Origin: an uncultured Candidatus Binatia bacterium
GTDB taxonomy: Bacteria; Desulfobacterota; Binatia; Bin18
Length of the DNA: 64,000 bases
Assembly: GCA_965214605.1 (NCBI GenBank)
Contig: OZ243961.1
Coordinates: forward strand, 3,616,001 to 3,680,000
Reading direction: 5' to 3'
Numbering within the stretch: position 1 is the stretch's first letter; each line of letters starts with the position of its first letter. The notes beneath the pieces were generated by a model. That model saw only the letters and a list, made by a program, of their open reading frames with translations. It was not told where the DNA came from and did no database searches. The position numbers were made by a program, and so were the translations under genes. Shown here piece by piece: positions 1 to 10,056 of the stretch.

Positions 1-2
1 AT

Positions 3-644
3 GTCTCTACCCACAAGCAGGAGCTGGCCTTTATCGCGGCCCTCAAGCGGACTGATCCCCATACCGGGCGAAGCTGGCCACAGATCGATCTGGCCGCGCT
101 GGCTCGGGCCTGTGATGAGGCTGAGGTCGGTGCGGTCGGGGTATACACCGAGCCGAGCGTGTTTGGCGCCTCGCTCGAAGACCTGCGGGCAGTCTCGGAG
201 GCGGTGAGTGCGCCCCTCTTGCGGCTCGACCTCGTCATCGATCCGCGTCAGATTCATCACGCCCGGCTATGCGGAGCGGACGCGGTTGCCCTGTGGGCCG
301 GAGGAGTTGAGCTTGACACCTTGACCCGTTTAGTGAGCGTCGCCGGCTCCAGCCATGTGACGCCGGTGGTCGTAGTCCAAACCCCAGCCGAGGTCGACCG
401 GGCGCTGAGTGCGGGAGCGTTTGTGCTGGGGATCAGCTCACCATCGGGCAAAATCGAGCCGAAACAGATTGAGCGGCTCGGCGCCCTGATACCGCGGCAC
501 AAGACGGTCTTGGCCCTAGACGAGGCCGCGACCGCCGACGAATGCGCGGCCCTGTTAGGCAAGGTGGACGCCGTGCTGGTGGGGAATCTGCTGCTTGACG
601 CGCCCGATGTCGGGGCGCTGTTGGCTGGCCTTGTGGAGCAATAA
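3..644 (+). CDS. TrpC/indole-3-glycerol-phosphate synthase-like TIM-barrel protein, 5' end outside window, catalytic residues degenerate
   Basis: Frame 3 is open from base 3: FIAALKRTDP..GVYTEPSVFGASLEDLRAVSEAVSAPLLRLDLVIDPRQIHHARLCGADAVAL..DAVLVG follows the IGPS layout (IAEVKKASP, SVLTE..F.GS..DL, PVLRKDFIID..QI..AR..GADAVLL). Confidence 0.75.
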   Translation, partial: VSTHKQELAFIAALKRTDPHTGRSWPQIDLAALARACDEAEVGAVGVYTEPSVFGASLEDLRAVSEAVSAPLLRLDLVIDPRQIHHARLCGADAVALWAGGVELDTLTRLVSVAGSSHVTPVVVVQTPAEVDRALSAGAFVLGISSPSGKIEPKQIERLGALIPRHKTVLALDEAATADECAALLGKVDAVLVGNLLLDAPDVGALLAGLVEQ

Positions 645-710
645 AGGGACACTCAGGAAAAAAGAGGCCGCCACGGAAAAGAGACACGCATGAACAAAGG
701 AGGAACAGGG

Positions 711-1790
711 ATGAAGTTTGGGCTGATGTATGAAATCCAAATTCCAGAACCGCACTATCCAGGCATTGAGCAGGATACCTATAAGCAAGTCATGGCCCAG
801 GTGATGCTGGCAGAGGAAATGGGCTTTGAGTATTTCTGGACAGTTGAACATCACTTTCTGACCGAGTTTTCCTACTGTCCGGCTCCGGAGGTGTTGTACG
901 GGGCAATTTCTCAACGGACGAGTACGATGCGGATCGGCCATGCGGTGGCGCTTTTGCCGCCACAGTACAACCATCCGATTCGGGTTGCCGAGCGCGCCGC
1001 GGTGCTTGATATTTTGAGCGACGGGCGGATGGACTTAGGCACTGGACGGTCCACTACCTTGATTGAGATGGGTGGCTTTGAAATCAATCCGGAAGAGACC
1101 AAGGCCATGTGGGAAGAGGCCATTGGTATGATCCCCCGGATGTGGACCGAGGAGACATTTTCGCACGAGGGGCACTATTTTAAGGTTCCGCCGCGTTCGG
1201 TCATCCCCAAACCGGTCCAGAAACCGCACCCGCCGCTATGGGTCGCCTGCGCCCAACCTGACAGTTTTGCCAACGCCGGACGCAAGGGGATTGGCGCGCT
1301 GTGTTTTCATATTGGCAATCCCGAGGAACTGCACCGCCGGGTGGAAATCTATCGGCAGGGCATCCGAGAGGCCGAACCGGTCGGGGCGTTTACCAACAAC
1401 AACGTCGCCGCGCTAGGTATTGTGCACTGCGCCGAGACCGATAAACAGGCCCGCAAGATCGGTGGCCCGGCCGGCGAGTGGTTTTTGAACAAGTCGGTTC
1501 AGCTGTATCGACCGTGGCAGGAGCAGGGGGTGAAGGTCCCGGACTCGTATAAATTTGCGGTCGGCGCAGTGCAGGAAGAGCGGACGGGCAAGACGCTCGA
1601 CGACTTCATCGAGGGTGGAACCTTTTGTATGGGCGACCCGGACACGTGTATTCGCATTCTAAAAAAATACGAACAGACGGGTATTGATCAGGTCCTGTGC
1701 TTTATGCAGTTCGGCGGCATTCCGCACCAGAACATCATGGACTCGATCCGCCTGTTCGGCAAATATGTAATCCCGTATTTCCGCCCCTAG
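711..1790 (+). CDS. LLM-class (luciferase-like) flavin-dependent oxidoreductase
   Basis: MKFGL..WTVEHHF..RIGHAV..HPIRVAERAAVLDILSDGRMDLGTGR..PKPVQKPHPPLW; RBS AGGAGG before ATG 711. Confidence 0.92.
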   Translation: MKFGLMYEIQIPEPHYPGIEQDTYKQVMAQVMLAEEMGFEYFWTVEHHFLTEFSYCPAPEVLYGAISQRTSTMRIGHAVALLPPQYNHPIRVAERAAVLDILSDGRMDLGTGRSTTLIEMGGFEINPEETKAMWEEAIGMIPRMWTEETFSHEGHYFKVPPRSVIPKPVQKPHPPLWVACAQPDSFANAGRKGIGALCFHIGNPEELHRRVEIYRQGIREAEPVGAFTNNNVAALGIVHCAETDKQARKIGGPAGEWFLNKSVQLYRPWQEQGVKVPDSYKFAVGAVQEERTGKTLDDFIEGGTFCMGDPDTCIRILKKYEQTGIDQVLCFMQFGGIPHQNIMDSIRLFGKYVIPYFRP

Positions 1791-1846
1791 CCGGCCCGGT
1801 TCCCTCTCTGCCGCTCCTGTGTCGCAAAGGACAGGGGAGAGAGCGG

Positions 1847-3058
1847 CTAGGCGTCGTACTTACGTAACTCTAAACGCGCAATCTGGTTGCGGTGGACCTC
1901 ATCCGGGCCGTCGGCAAAGCGCAGCGTTCGTGCCTGGGCATAGGCTTTGGCCAGGCCGAACTCCTCATCCACGGCCCCCCCACCATGGGCCTGCATAGCC
2001 CAGTCAATCACCTTCAGGGCCATATTAGGCGCGGCGACCTTAATCATCGCAATTTCGGCCCGAGCCGCCTTATTGCCAACCGTGTCCATCATATGGGCGG
2101 CTTTGAGCGTCAGCAGCCGGGCCTGTTCAATTGAGATGCGGGCTTCGGCGATCCGCTCCTGGGTTACCGTCCGTTCCGAAACCGGCTTGCCAAACGCGAC
2201 GCGCGACTTGGCCCGTTGACACATTTTCTCCAAGGCCCGCTCGGCCTGACCGATGAGCCGCATACAATGGTGGATACGGCCCGGTCCGAGCCGCCCCTGG
2301 GCAATTTCAAACCCGCGGCCTTCACCCAGAATCATGTTCGAAGCCGGGACCCGTACGTCTTTGAACTCGACCTCGGCATGACCGTGCGGAGCGTCATCAT
2401 AGCCAAACACCGACAGCATGCGTACGATGTCGATTCCCGGCGTGTCGCGTGACACCAGGATCTGCGACTGCTGCAAATATCGACTCGGGTTGTTGGGATC
2501 AGTTTTACCCATGAAGATAATGATCTTACAGCGTGGGTCGCCCATGCCCGACGACCACCATTTACGACCGTTGATGATATACTCATCACCATCCCGCACG
2601 ATGCTCGACTCGATATTGGTCGCGTCAGACGAGGCGACCGCGGGTTCGGTCATGGCAAAACACGATCGGATTTCGCCGTTCAGCAGGGGCCCTAACCAGC
2701 GGTCCTGCTGCTCTTCAGTGCCGTAGCGTGACAGGACTTCCATATTGCCGGTATCCGGAGCCGAACAGTTGAACACCTCGGACGCCCAGTGGACGCGGCC
2801 CATGATCTCGGCCAGGGGCGCATACTCTAGATTGGTGAGACCGTAGCCGTAGTCGCTTTCGGGCAGGAACAGGTTCCACAAGTTTTGGGCCTTAGCCTTT
2901 TGTTTGAGTTCTTCCAAAATGGGCGGAATTTGCCACCGATCACCTTGACTGTTGAGCTGCTCATCATACGTCTTTTCGTTGGGGTAGATAGAGCTATCCA
3001 TGAAGTCTTGGACTTGGCGCTGCAGCTCTTTGACCTTAGGCGAATATTCAAAATCCAT
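1847..3058 (-). CDS. acyl-CoA dehydrogenase
   Basis: [66 protein letters not shown]; start taken at MDFEYS. Confidence 0.95.
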   Translation of the reverse strand: MDFEYSPKVKELQRQVQDFMDSSIYPNEKTYDEQLNSQGDRWQIPPILEELKQKAKAQNLWNLFLPESDYGYGLTNLEYAPLAEIMGRVHWASEVFNCSAPDTGNMEVLSRYGTEEQQDRWLGPLLNGEIRSCFAMTEPAVASSDATNIESSIVRDGDEYIINGRKWWSSGMGDPRCKIIIFMGKTDPNNPSRYLQQSQILVSRDTPGIDIVRMLSVFGYDDAPHGHAEVEFKDVRVPASNMILGEGRGFEIAQGRLGPGRIHHCMRLIGQAERALEKMCQRAKSRVAFGKPVSERTVTQERIAEARISIEQARLLTLKAAHMMDTVGNKAARAEIAMIKVAAPNMALKVIDWAMQAHGGGAVDEEFGLAKAYAQARTLRFADGPDEVHRNQIARLELRKYDA

Positions 3059-3129
3059 GTTCGGGCTCCTTCCGTAGCGTGCCGTGGGACGGTCAGCGCT
3101 CGATACCTTAAGAAATAGATGCCTTGAAG

Positions 3130-4401
3130 TCAAACTCGCGACGCCGTTGCGGCGAAGCCGGTAAACGCAATCGGCCGAATCGGCACAACCAACAGGATAG
3201 CCGTGCACAGGATACCGACCCCGGTGGCGACAAGGAACGGCAGGGTCCAGTCTCCACCCCCGGCCAGCATGAAGCCGGCGGTCATTGGACCGAAGATGCC
3301 AGCGAAACTGCCCAAGCAGTTAATCATGCCAAAGATTGCTCCGGCAAAGTGGGGATTGAACTCGATCGACAGGGTCGTATAGCCAGCAACCGCGCTGGCA
3401 AAAAAGAAGTAAAAGCTGATCAAAAACAGCACGCACAGCGTGGTCGAGGGCACCAGCGCGGCGCCCAACAAGAAGGGCAGAGAGAGCCCAACCCCAAATC
3501 CAGCCAGCCGAGCTCGGGCAAACTGCGCGCTCCAGCCCTTGCGCAGCAGCCAGTCCGACACTGCACCGCCGCCCAAGATTCCCAGGAATCCCGCCCCGTG
3601 CAGGAAGACGCCCATGATACCCATCGTTTCCAGGGACATCGCGCGTCCTTCGACCAGATAGGTCGGAAACCAGAACAAAAACATCCAGCCGATGTAGGCA
3701 TACCCCATATAGCTGAGGCATACGGTGAAGAGCGGGATGCTGCGAAAGAGGGTGCTGATGGGAAGCGGGTCGGTCGGCTTGGGCGATAGGTTGGATTCAA
3801 TATAGGTCCGCTCCGCCTGGCTGATGTGCGGGTGTTCTTGGGGCGTGTCGGTTGCGTACGACAGCCACACCGCAGCCCACAGAAAGCCGAGCAGGGCGTT
3901 AAAATAGAAAACGCTCGGCCAGGTAAACTCGAGAACAATCCAGGTGGTTAGCGGATAGGCGATCATCTGACCGACGGTGATGCCCGAGATGCTGATCGTT
4001 TGAGCCCGCCCAAACTCTGCGCGGGGAATCCAACGCGAGTTGAGCGAGGTCAGGGCTGGAAAGGTCATCGACTCAAATGCACCGACCAGAAAACGCATGG
4101 CAATGAACAGCACAAACCCCAACTGGCCCAGCGGGGTCAGGGCGGTGAACAGCGAAAAGCCGCAGAATGCTGCGGCCAGGACTTTGCGTGCGCTCCAGCG
4201 GTCAGCCACGAGGCCGCCTGGAATTTGTAGCAGCGCGTAGCCCACCAGAAAGGCCGAAAAGACCAACCCAAATCGGTCTTTATCCCAACCTGTGGCAGCC
4301 ATAATGACTGGTGCGGCGACTGAGATATTGACCCGATCAATGTAATTAATGACCGAGCTGCAAAACAACAGCCCAATCATATTGTAGCGAACCGGTCGCA
4401 T
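3130..4401 (-). CDS. MFS transporter (anion:cation symporter-like)
   Basis: [28 protein letters not shown], many hydrophobic segments. Confidence 0.9.
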   Translation of the reverse strand: MRPVRYNMIGLLFCSSVINYIDRVNISVAAPVIMAATGWDKDRFGLVFSAFLVGYALLQIPGGLVADRWSARKVLAAAFCGFSLFTALTPLGQLGFVLFIAMRFLVGAFESMTFPALTSLNSRWIPRAEFGRAQTISISGITVGQMIAYPLTTWIVLEFTWPSVFYFNALLGFLWAAVWLSYATDTPQEHPHISQAERTYIESNLSPKPTDPLPISTLFRSIPLFTVCLSYMGYAYIGWMFLFWFPTYLVEGRAMSLETMGIMGVFLHGAGFLGILGGGAVSDWLLRKGWSAQFARARLAGFGVGLSLPFLLGAALVPSTTLCVLFLISFYFFFASAVAGYTTLSIEFNPHFAGAIFGMINCLGSFAGIFGPMTAGFMLAGGGDWTLPFLVATGVGILCTAILLVVPIRPIAFTGFAATASRV

Positions 4402-4541
4402 AGTCTGCCCCCTCTTTGTGTCCGACCGTGCACTGAAGAGCTTGTATACTATGGGTTAGAAAGAGGAGGCAAGACTTTACGCGACACAAGCTCCACGGGT
4501 CTTGCTTTATTCATGAGAAGAAATAGGTCATATTTTTGGTT

Positions 4542-4970
4542 ATGAAAAAGATGACTGCCGACGAAGTCTGGGCCTTTCTGACCGAACAAGCTCACACCGC
4601 CCAGTGCGCCACGGTCAAAGAAAATGGTCATCCCCACGTGGTGCCGGTCTGGTTTGAGGTGGATGACGGCACACTTATTTTTTCCACCTGGCAGGCCAGC
4701 GTGAAAGCGGCCAACCTGCGGCGCGACCCCCGAGTCAGCCTGTGCGTTGATGACGAAACCCCGCCGTTTGCGTTTGTCCAGATCGACGGGACGGCCAGTC
4801 TGAGCGATGACCCTGCGCAGCTTCTCTACTGGGCGACGCGGATCGGGGGGCGCTATATGGGCGCCGACCAAGCCCAAGCGTATGGGAAGCGCAACAGCGT
4901 GCCAGGAGAACTGCTGGTGCGGGTCACGCCCACCAAGATCATTGCCAAAAAAGAGGTGGCTGGCTGGTAG
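4542..4970 (+). CDS. PPOX-class probable F420-dependent oxidoreductase
   Basis: ATVKENGHPHVVPVWF..KAANLRRDPRVSLCVDDETPPFAFV..IGGRYMG..YGKRNSVPGELLVR. Confidence 0.85.
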   Translation: MKKMTADEVWAFLTEQAHTAQCATVKENGHPHVVPVWFEVDDGTLIFSTWQASVKAANLRRDPRVSLCVDDETPPFAFVQIDGTASLSDDPAQLLYWATRIGGRYMGADQAQAYGKRNSVPGELLVRVTPTKIIAKKEVAGW

Positions 4971-4979
4971 GGGGGAGGC

Positions 4980-6200
4980 GTGCGGTACTTTGGTCCGGGT
5001 TTCCTGGTTGTTGCCGCTTTTATCGGACCGGGGACAGTGACAACGGCCAGCCTGGTCGGGGCACGCTTTGGACACAGCCTGGTCTGGGCGCTCGTCTTTT
5101 CCGTCCTGGCGACCGTCGTCCTGCAGGACATGGCCGCCCGGCTTGGCATCGTCAGCCGCCAAGGGCTTGGAGAAGCGCTGCGAGCCGTCTTTCGCACTTC
5201 ACGCCTGCGGCGGCCGATGTGCGTGCTCGTTGTGGTTGGTATCGGTGGTGGGAACGCGGCTTTTGAAACCGGCAACCTCACCGGGGCTGCGCTGGGTTTG
5301 GCGGCCCTGACCGGCCTCCCCGCCCGGGGGTGGGCGGTAATAATTGGGCTCAGTGTGACGGCGTTGTTGGCCTTGGGAACCTACCGAGGACTTGAGCGGT
5401 GTCTGCTCGTCCTAGTGCTGAGCATGAGTCTGGTCTTTGTTCTGACCGCCGTTGTGGCTCAGCCCTCGGTCGGAGAGATACTCGGGGGGGCAGTGTGGCC
5501 GAGTTTTCCCCCGGATTCCGCTGTCCTGATTATGGCCCTGATCGGAACGACGGTCGTGCCCTACAACCTGTTCTTGCACGCCAACGCGGTACGGGAACGC
5601 TGGGCGGAAGGACTGCCTAAACAACAGGCCTTGAGGGTCGCTCGGCGTGACACCTGGGTGTCGGTGTCTCTTGGGGGCGTAATCACGCTGGCTATTCTCT
5701 CGACTGCGACGGGTGCATTTTTGGGGCGGGGCAATTTGCCTCAGCACACCGGGATGCTGGCCAGCCAACTTGAACCGCTGCTCGGTTCTGCCGCGCACTC
5801 TTTTTTCGCCGTCGGCTTACTGTGTGCCGGCATCACCAGCGCAATTACCGCCCCTCTGGCTGCGGCCTACGCTACTGCCGGCGTCCTTGGCTGGAGGCAA
5901 GATCTACGCAGCTGGCGGTGTCGTGCGGTATGGGCAGCAATTACCCTGATTGGGACAGCACTGGCCGCCCTTGGTCAGCGCCCTGTGACCGCTATTGTTC
6001 TAGCTCAGGCGGTGAACGGGGTGTTGCTGCCGGTCATGGCGGTCTTCTTGCTTGTGGTCATGAACCGTTCACAGCTTTTGGGTGAAGACACAAACGGATG
6101 GGTTGCGAATAGCTTGGGCACGCTGGTTGTCCTGGTCGTGTCGGCTCTCGGGCTCTTTCAGCTATGGACGGCCTCCTGGCACCTCTCCATGAGCGGCTGA
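4980..6200 (+). CDS. Nramp-family divalent metal (Mn2+) transporter
   Basis: GPGFLVVAAFIGPGTVTT, LQDMAARLG, LIGTTVVPYNLFLH. Confidence 0.88.
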   Translation: MRYFGPGFLVVAAFIGPGTVTTASLVGARFGHSLVWALVFSVLATVVLQDMAARLGIVSRQGLGEALRAVFRTSRLRRPMCVLVVVGIGGGNAAFETGNLTGAALGLAALTGLPARGWAVIIGLSVTALLALGTYRGLERCLLVLVLSMSLVFVLTAVVAQPSVGEILGGAVWPSFPPDSAVLIMALIGTTVVPYNLFLHANAVRERWAEGLPKQQALRVARRDTWVSVSLGGVITLAILSTATGAFLGRGNLPQHTGMLASQLEPLLGSAAHSFFAVGLLCAGITSAITAPLAAAYATAGVLGWRQDLRSWRCRAVWAAITLIGTALAALGQRPVTAIVLAQAVNGVLLPVMAVFLLVVMNRSQLLGEDTNGWVANSLGTLVVLVVSALGLFQLWTASWHLSMSG

Positions 6201-6213
6201 ACGGCCTCTGAGC

Positions 6214-6951
6214 CTATACCTCGATGACCAGGCCATCGGTTGCCCACTCAAGGGTGAGCTGTGGCAGGCGCTCCAAGACCTCCCGGCCGAGATGGCTGAG
6301 CAGCAGGCGTTTACAACCGAGGCGGGGGGCGTGTTCGGCAAGTTGAGGGTAACTGATGTGATACGAGGTCCGAGTATGAAAATAGCAACACTCGCAGATA
6401 AACAGATCGGTCCCGTGCGCATAGCGGACGAGGTCTTCATTCCAGCCACAGTCGCCGGAGTACAGGAGCGATTTTCCGTCAACCGTCACGCGGTAGCCCA
6501 GAGAAATTTCTTCCTCTTGGTGCGGCACGCGAAAAGGAAAGAGCTCGACTGCACAAACACAGGCCGATCGGCCTGGCGGGAGCTGGTGAAAGACCAGCTC
6601 AAAGGACAGGGCGCGAGTGGACAGCTCGCGGTACATGACCCGGTGGAGGGCTAGGACGCGCTCCTGTATGCCCGGTGGCCCGGCGACGTGCAGCGGACGG
6701 GTACGCGGCGGGTGTTCGTAGAGGTATTCGAGAAAGAGGAAGGGGAGGCCGCCAAAGTGATCACCGTGCATGTGGCTAATGGCCACAAAGTCGATCCGTT
6801 CGGCCGGAATTCGCAGTGTTTTCAGCGCCAACAGGGTTGTCGTGCCGCAGTCCAGCAGAAAAGTGGCACTGTCGGTCTCAACCAAATAGCCACTCTGGCG
6901 TTGACCGCCGCTGCTAAAGGCGTCGCCTGCACCAAGAATTGTTACGCGCAT
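6214..6951 (-). CDS. MBL-fold metallo-hydrolase (RNase BN/Z-like)
   Basis: LGAGDAFSSGG, LDCG, SHMHGDHFGG, YSGD, LSH. Confidence 0.88.
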   Translation of the reverse strand: MRVTILGAGDAFSSGGQRQSGYLVETDSATFLLDCGTTTLLALKTLRIPAERIDFVAISHMHGDHFGGLPFLFLEYLYEHPPRTRPLHVAGPPGIQERVLALHRVMYRELSTRALSFELVFHQLPPGRSACVCAVELFPFRVPHQEEEISLGYRVTVDGKSLLYSGDCGWNEDLVRYAHGTDLFICECCYFHTRTSYHISYPQLAEHAPRLGCKRLLLSHLGREVLERLPQLTLEWATDGLVIEV

Positions 6952-8339
6952 TGTTGACCCTTCCCCGCAGAGCTCACCGAATCCTCGTTACTTGTCCCCC
7001 TAAGGGTCTCAATCAGGCGCGTCTCATCACAGCTGTCCTGCCGTCCGGTGGTCAGATTTTTTAGGCTATAGGTCTGCCGCACCACTTCATCCGGACCGAT
7101 GATCAAGGCGTATGGGATGTGTAAACTGTCGGCTGTGGACAGCTGGCGGCCGAGTTTTGCCCGTTCCGGATACAGCTCGACGGTAATACCGGCCCGGCGC
7201 AGTCGTGCGGCCAGACCGGCCACGGCGACGAGCGGAGTGTCGGGCAGCGGACACACCATGACCTGGGCCCGCAGCTGGAGGTCGGGGAACATGTGGCGTT
7301 CCTCCATCAGCAACAGAATCCGCTCCAAGCCCAGCGAGAAGCCAACGGCCGGAACCTGCTTGCCGCTAAATATGCCGACCAGGTTATCGTAGCGGCCACC
7401 ACCGCCTAGCGAGCCGCTCAAATCCTGCGAAATGACCTCGAAAATAGGTCCGGTGTAATAGCTGAGACCCCGGGCCAGGGCGGGGGTGAGGCGCAGGAGT
7501 GGACCGGCCGGAGTGTCGGTGCTGAGCGCCAAAAGGGCTTCGAGGTCGTCGAGTGCCCGCCGGGCGTCGGGCAGGCTGAGCGCGGCGCGGAGGTCGTGGA
7601 GGATGCGGGTGTTCTCTGTGTCCTTGGTTGCAGTGGTCAGAGCCAGTAAACGCTCGGCCGCCTGTCCACTTATACCACGTTGGAGCAGTTCGTCCCGAAC
7701 CCCGGGCGACCCGATTTTATCCAGCTTATCAAGAGCAATCAGGGCCGAGCCCTCCAGGGCCGGATCAATGTCAGCCGCCGCTATCAGGCCGCGTAACACC
7801 GCGCGGTGGTTGAGGGCCACCCTAAAGCCTGAGAAGCCGAGGGCGAGTAGTGCGCCGCAGATAGCACTGATGACCTCGACCTCGGCCAGCAGTGAGGTGG
7901 TGCCGGTCATATCGACATCACACTGGTAAAACTCCCGAAAGCGTCCCTTGGCCGGACGATCGGCGCGCCACACCGGCTGGATCTGGTAGCGTTTAAAAAA
8001 ACGCGGGAGCTGCTGGCCATAGTGCGCCACCACACGGGCCAGCGGGACGGTCAGGTCATAGCGTAAACCGAGCTCGGCCAGGTCACCCATCTCGACCGAG
8101 GGTTCGGCCAGGGCTCGGCTCAGCTTCTCACCCCGGTGCAGCAGACGGTAGAGGAGCCGATCGCCCTCTTCGCCGTATTTGCCAAGCAGAGTGGACAGAT
8201 TTTCAATCGCTGGCGTTTCAATCGGCACGAAACCGTGGCGCTGGAAAACGTGCTCTATCCTCGCCACCACATAGCGGCGTTTGGAGACGGCTTCAGGCAG
8301 ATAATCACGCATCCCACTCGGGGGCTTAGTACTTGGCAT
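6942..8339 (-). CDS. hisS: histidine--tRNA ligase
   Basis: PSGMRDYLP, LRYDLTVPLAR, WRADRPAKGRFREFYQCDVD, RGLSYYTG, GGGRYDNL, VGFSLGLER. Confidence 0.97.
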   Translation of the reverse strand: MPSTKPPSGMRDYLPEAVSKRRYVVARIEHVFQRHGFVPIETPAIENLSTLLGKYGEEGDRLLYRLLHRGEKLSRALAEPSVEMGDLAELGLRYDLTVPLARVVAHYGQQLPRFFKRYQIQPVWRADRPAKGRFREFYQCDVDMTGTTSLLAEVEVISAICGALLALGFSGFRVALNHRAVLRGLIAAADIDPALEGSALIALDKLDKIGSPGVRDELLQRGISGQAAERLLALTTATKDTENTRILHDLRAALSLPDARRALDDLEALLALSTDTPAGPLLRLTPALARGLSYYTGPIFEVISQDLSGSLGGGGRYDNLVGIFSGKQVPAVGFSLGLERILLLMEERHMFPDLQLRAQVMVCPLPDTPLVAVAGLAARLRRAGITVELYPERAKLGRQLSTADSLHIPYALIIGPDEVVRQTYSLKNLTTGRQDSCDETRLIETLRGTSNEDSVSSAGKGQQCA

Positions 8340-8462
8340 GGCGTCCAACTCCTTATGAGCGCTCAGAGCCTTCCCGGTTGGAAATCAAGATATCGCTGGC
8401 TGGTCAAGGTCCCACCGCCTTCTTGTCGACCCGTATGGCTTTTTATTGAGGAAACAACCCCC

Positions 8463-8468
8463 TATAAT
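8463..8468 (+). promoter_or_regulatory. putative -10 box of the tRNA-Sec promoter
   Basis: TATAAT ending 11 nt upstream of the tRNA 5' end, preceded by a T-rich tract. Confidence 0.5.
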
Positions 8469-8479
8469 TGTTCCCTAAC

Positions 8480-8574
8480 GGAGAAGGATGTGGCCCGGTG
8501 GCCGCACCGGTCTTCAAAACCGAGTTGCGTGGCGTAAGTTGCGCGGATGGTTCGACTCCATCCCTTCTCCGCCA
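8480..8574 (+). tRNA. selC: tRNA-Sec (anticodon UCA)
   Basis: 8-bp acceptor stem GGAGAAGG/CCTTCTCC plus GCCA end; 6-bp D stem GTGGCC/GGCCGC with 4-nt loop; anticodon loop CTTCAAA (TCA at 8514-8516); long variable arm with GTAA loop; T arm GATGG-TTCGACT-CCATC; adjacent to selA. Confidence 0.96.
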
Positions 8575-8581
8575 GTCTCGT

Positions 8582-9973
8582 CTAATCGGTCCACTCAGCG
8601 GTGACAGGAATCAACTCCTGGGGCTGAAATATCCCCCGTAAATCCAACACAAACATCCCGTCTCGAATCCGGCCTAGGATTGGCGTGTCCGCGGCTCGAA
8701 AGTGCGCCGCAATATGCTCGGCCGAAAGTCGGGGATGACGAATGACAATCACCCGGCTGGGCAGGCGTTTCTCGGGGAGGGCTCCGCTGCCGATCTGGGC
8801 AGCGGCGTCTTCAAGCGTGATGCGGAAGCCCTGGCCGAGTCGCTGTCGTAAGAGCGGAATAGCCTGGGCGGCCAGCGCGTCTAGTTCTTCCACAGTCCGG
8901 GTAAGCCAGCGAAGGGTTGGAATCTCGGCATTCAGACATGGAGACTGACGGTACAGCCGGAGGGTTGCTCCCAAGGCGGCCAAGGTCAGCTTATCGGGCC
9001 GTAGGGCGCGTCTCAGGGGGTTTTTCTTAATGCGCCCAATCCACTCTTGGCGGCCGACAATCAGCCCGGCCTGTGGTCCGCCTAACAGTTTGTCGCCGCT
9101 GAAGGTCACAATATCCGCGCCCGTCGCCACCCGCTCAGACACGACCGGTTCTTTTGGCAAAGCGTATTGTGAGAGGTCGATGAGCGCCCCAGCGCCCAAA
9201 TCTTCCATGACCGGAATCTGGTGGGCGTGTCCGAGCGCGACGATTTCGTCTAGGGTAACCTCACTGCTGAACCCGATGATTCGATAATTACTCGGATGGA
9301 CTTTCAACAAGACGCCGGTCTCTGGGCCAATCGCTTCGGCATAGTCATAGGCATGGGTGCGGTTGGTGGTGCCGACCTCACGGAGCACGACTCCGCTCTT
9401 GCGCATGACGTCAGGAATCCGAAACGCGCCGCCAATCTCGATTAGCTCCCCCCGCGAGACAATGCCCTCTCTCCCTTCGGCCACAGCATTCAGGGCGAGC
9501 AGGACAGCCGCTGCGTTATTGTTGACAACGGTGGCCGCTTCAGCACCGGTCAGGGCCAATAGGTCGGCCTCAACGAGAGCGTCACGGTCGCCGCGTCCGG
9601 CGGCCGTCAGATCGTACTCAAGGGTCACCGGAGTGGTTGCCGCGCGGCTGACTTCGTCCACCGCAGCTTTTGCCAGGAGGGCCCGGCCAAGATTGGTGTG
9701 GAGGATGGTGCCGGTGGCGTTAATAACGGACCGTAAGGGCGAGCGCTTGGCGTCGGCTAGCTGTTGCTCAATCCGGTGGGCGATAGCCGATGGAGACAGT
9801 TCCTCGGTCAGCGAGCCGGCCAGAATGTCTCGGCGCAGGTCGGCCAGTACGCTACGGACGGCCTCTGTGATATAGCCGCGTTGGTAGTCGTGGAACAGCG
9901 GGCTGAGGACGGGAGATGACAGCAACTTTTCAACCGCGGGCAGATGGCGCAGGAGCTCACGGGCGGTCTTCAT
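8582..9973 (-). CDS. selA: L-seryl-tRNA(Sec) selenium transferase
   Basis: VINATGTILHTNLGRA, VVNNNAAAVLL, SRGELIEIGGAFRIPDVM, EVGTTNRTH, FSGDKLLGGPQAG. Confidence 0.97.
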   Translation of the reverse strand: MKTARELLRHLPAVEKLLSSPVLSPLFHDYQRGYITEAVRSVLADLRRDILAGSLTEELSPSAIAHRIEQQLADAKRSPLRSVINATGTILHTNLGRALLAKAAVDEVSRAATTPVTLEYDLTAAGRGDRDALVEADLLALTGAEAATVVNNNAAAVLLALNAVAEGREGIVSRGELIEIGGAFRIPDVMRKSGVVLREVGTTNRTHAYDYAEAIGPETGVLLKVHPSNYRIIGFSSEVTLDEIVALGHAHQIPVMEDLGAGALIDLSQYALPKEPVVSERVATGADIVTFSGDKLLGGPQAGLIVGRQEWIGRIKKNPLRRALRPDKLTLAALGATLRLYRQSPCLNAEIPTLRWLTRTVEELDALAAQAIPLLRQRLGQGFRITLEDAAAQIGSGALPEKRLPSRVIVIRHPRLSAEHIAAHFRAADTPILGRIRDGMFVLDLRGIFQPQELIPVTAEWTD

Positions 9974-10056
9974 GGCGCGGCTACCTTGGCATATGGGCGT
10001 GCCTCTTGCAACTCGCCGGAGGGGAGGCTAGCTTTGCCTCACACAAGGAGGGCCGT

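Noticed and set aside
1-207. 68-aa ORF starting at base 1
   Set aside because: Wrong frame; the TrpC-like coding frame is frame 3
1801-1846. Imperfect hairpin between convergent LLM and acyl-CoA dehydrogenase genes
   Set aside because: Irregular pairing and no U-tract; not enough to call a terminator
8575-8600. selC as a possible island integration site
   Set aside because: No integrase or duplicated tRNA 3' end seen; selA follows immediately
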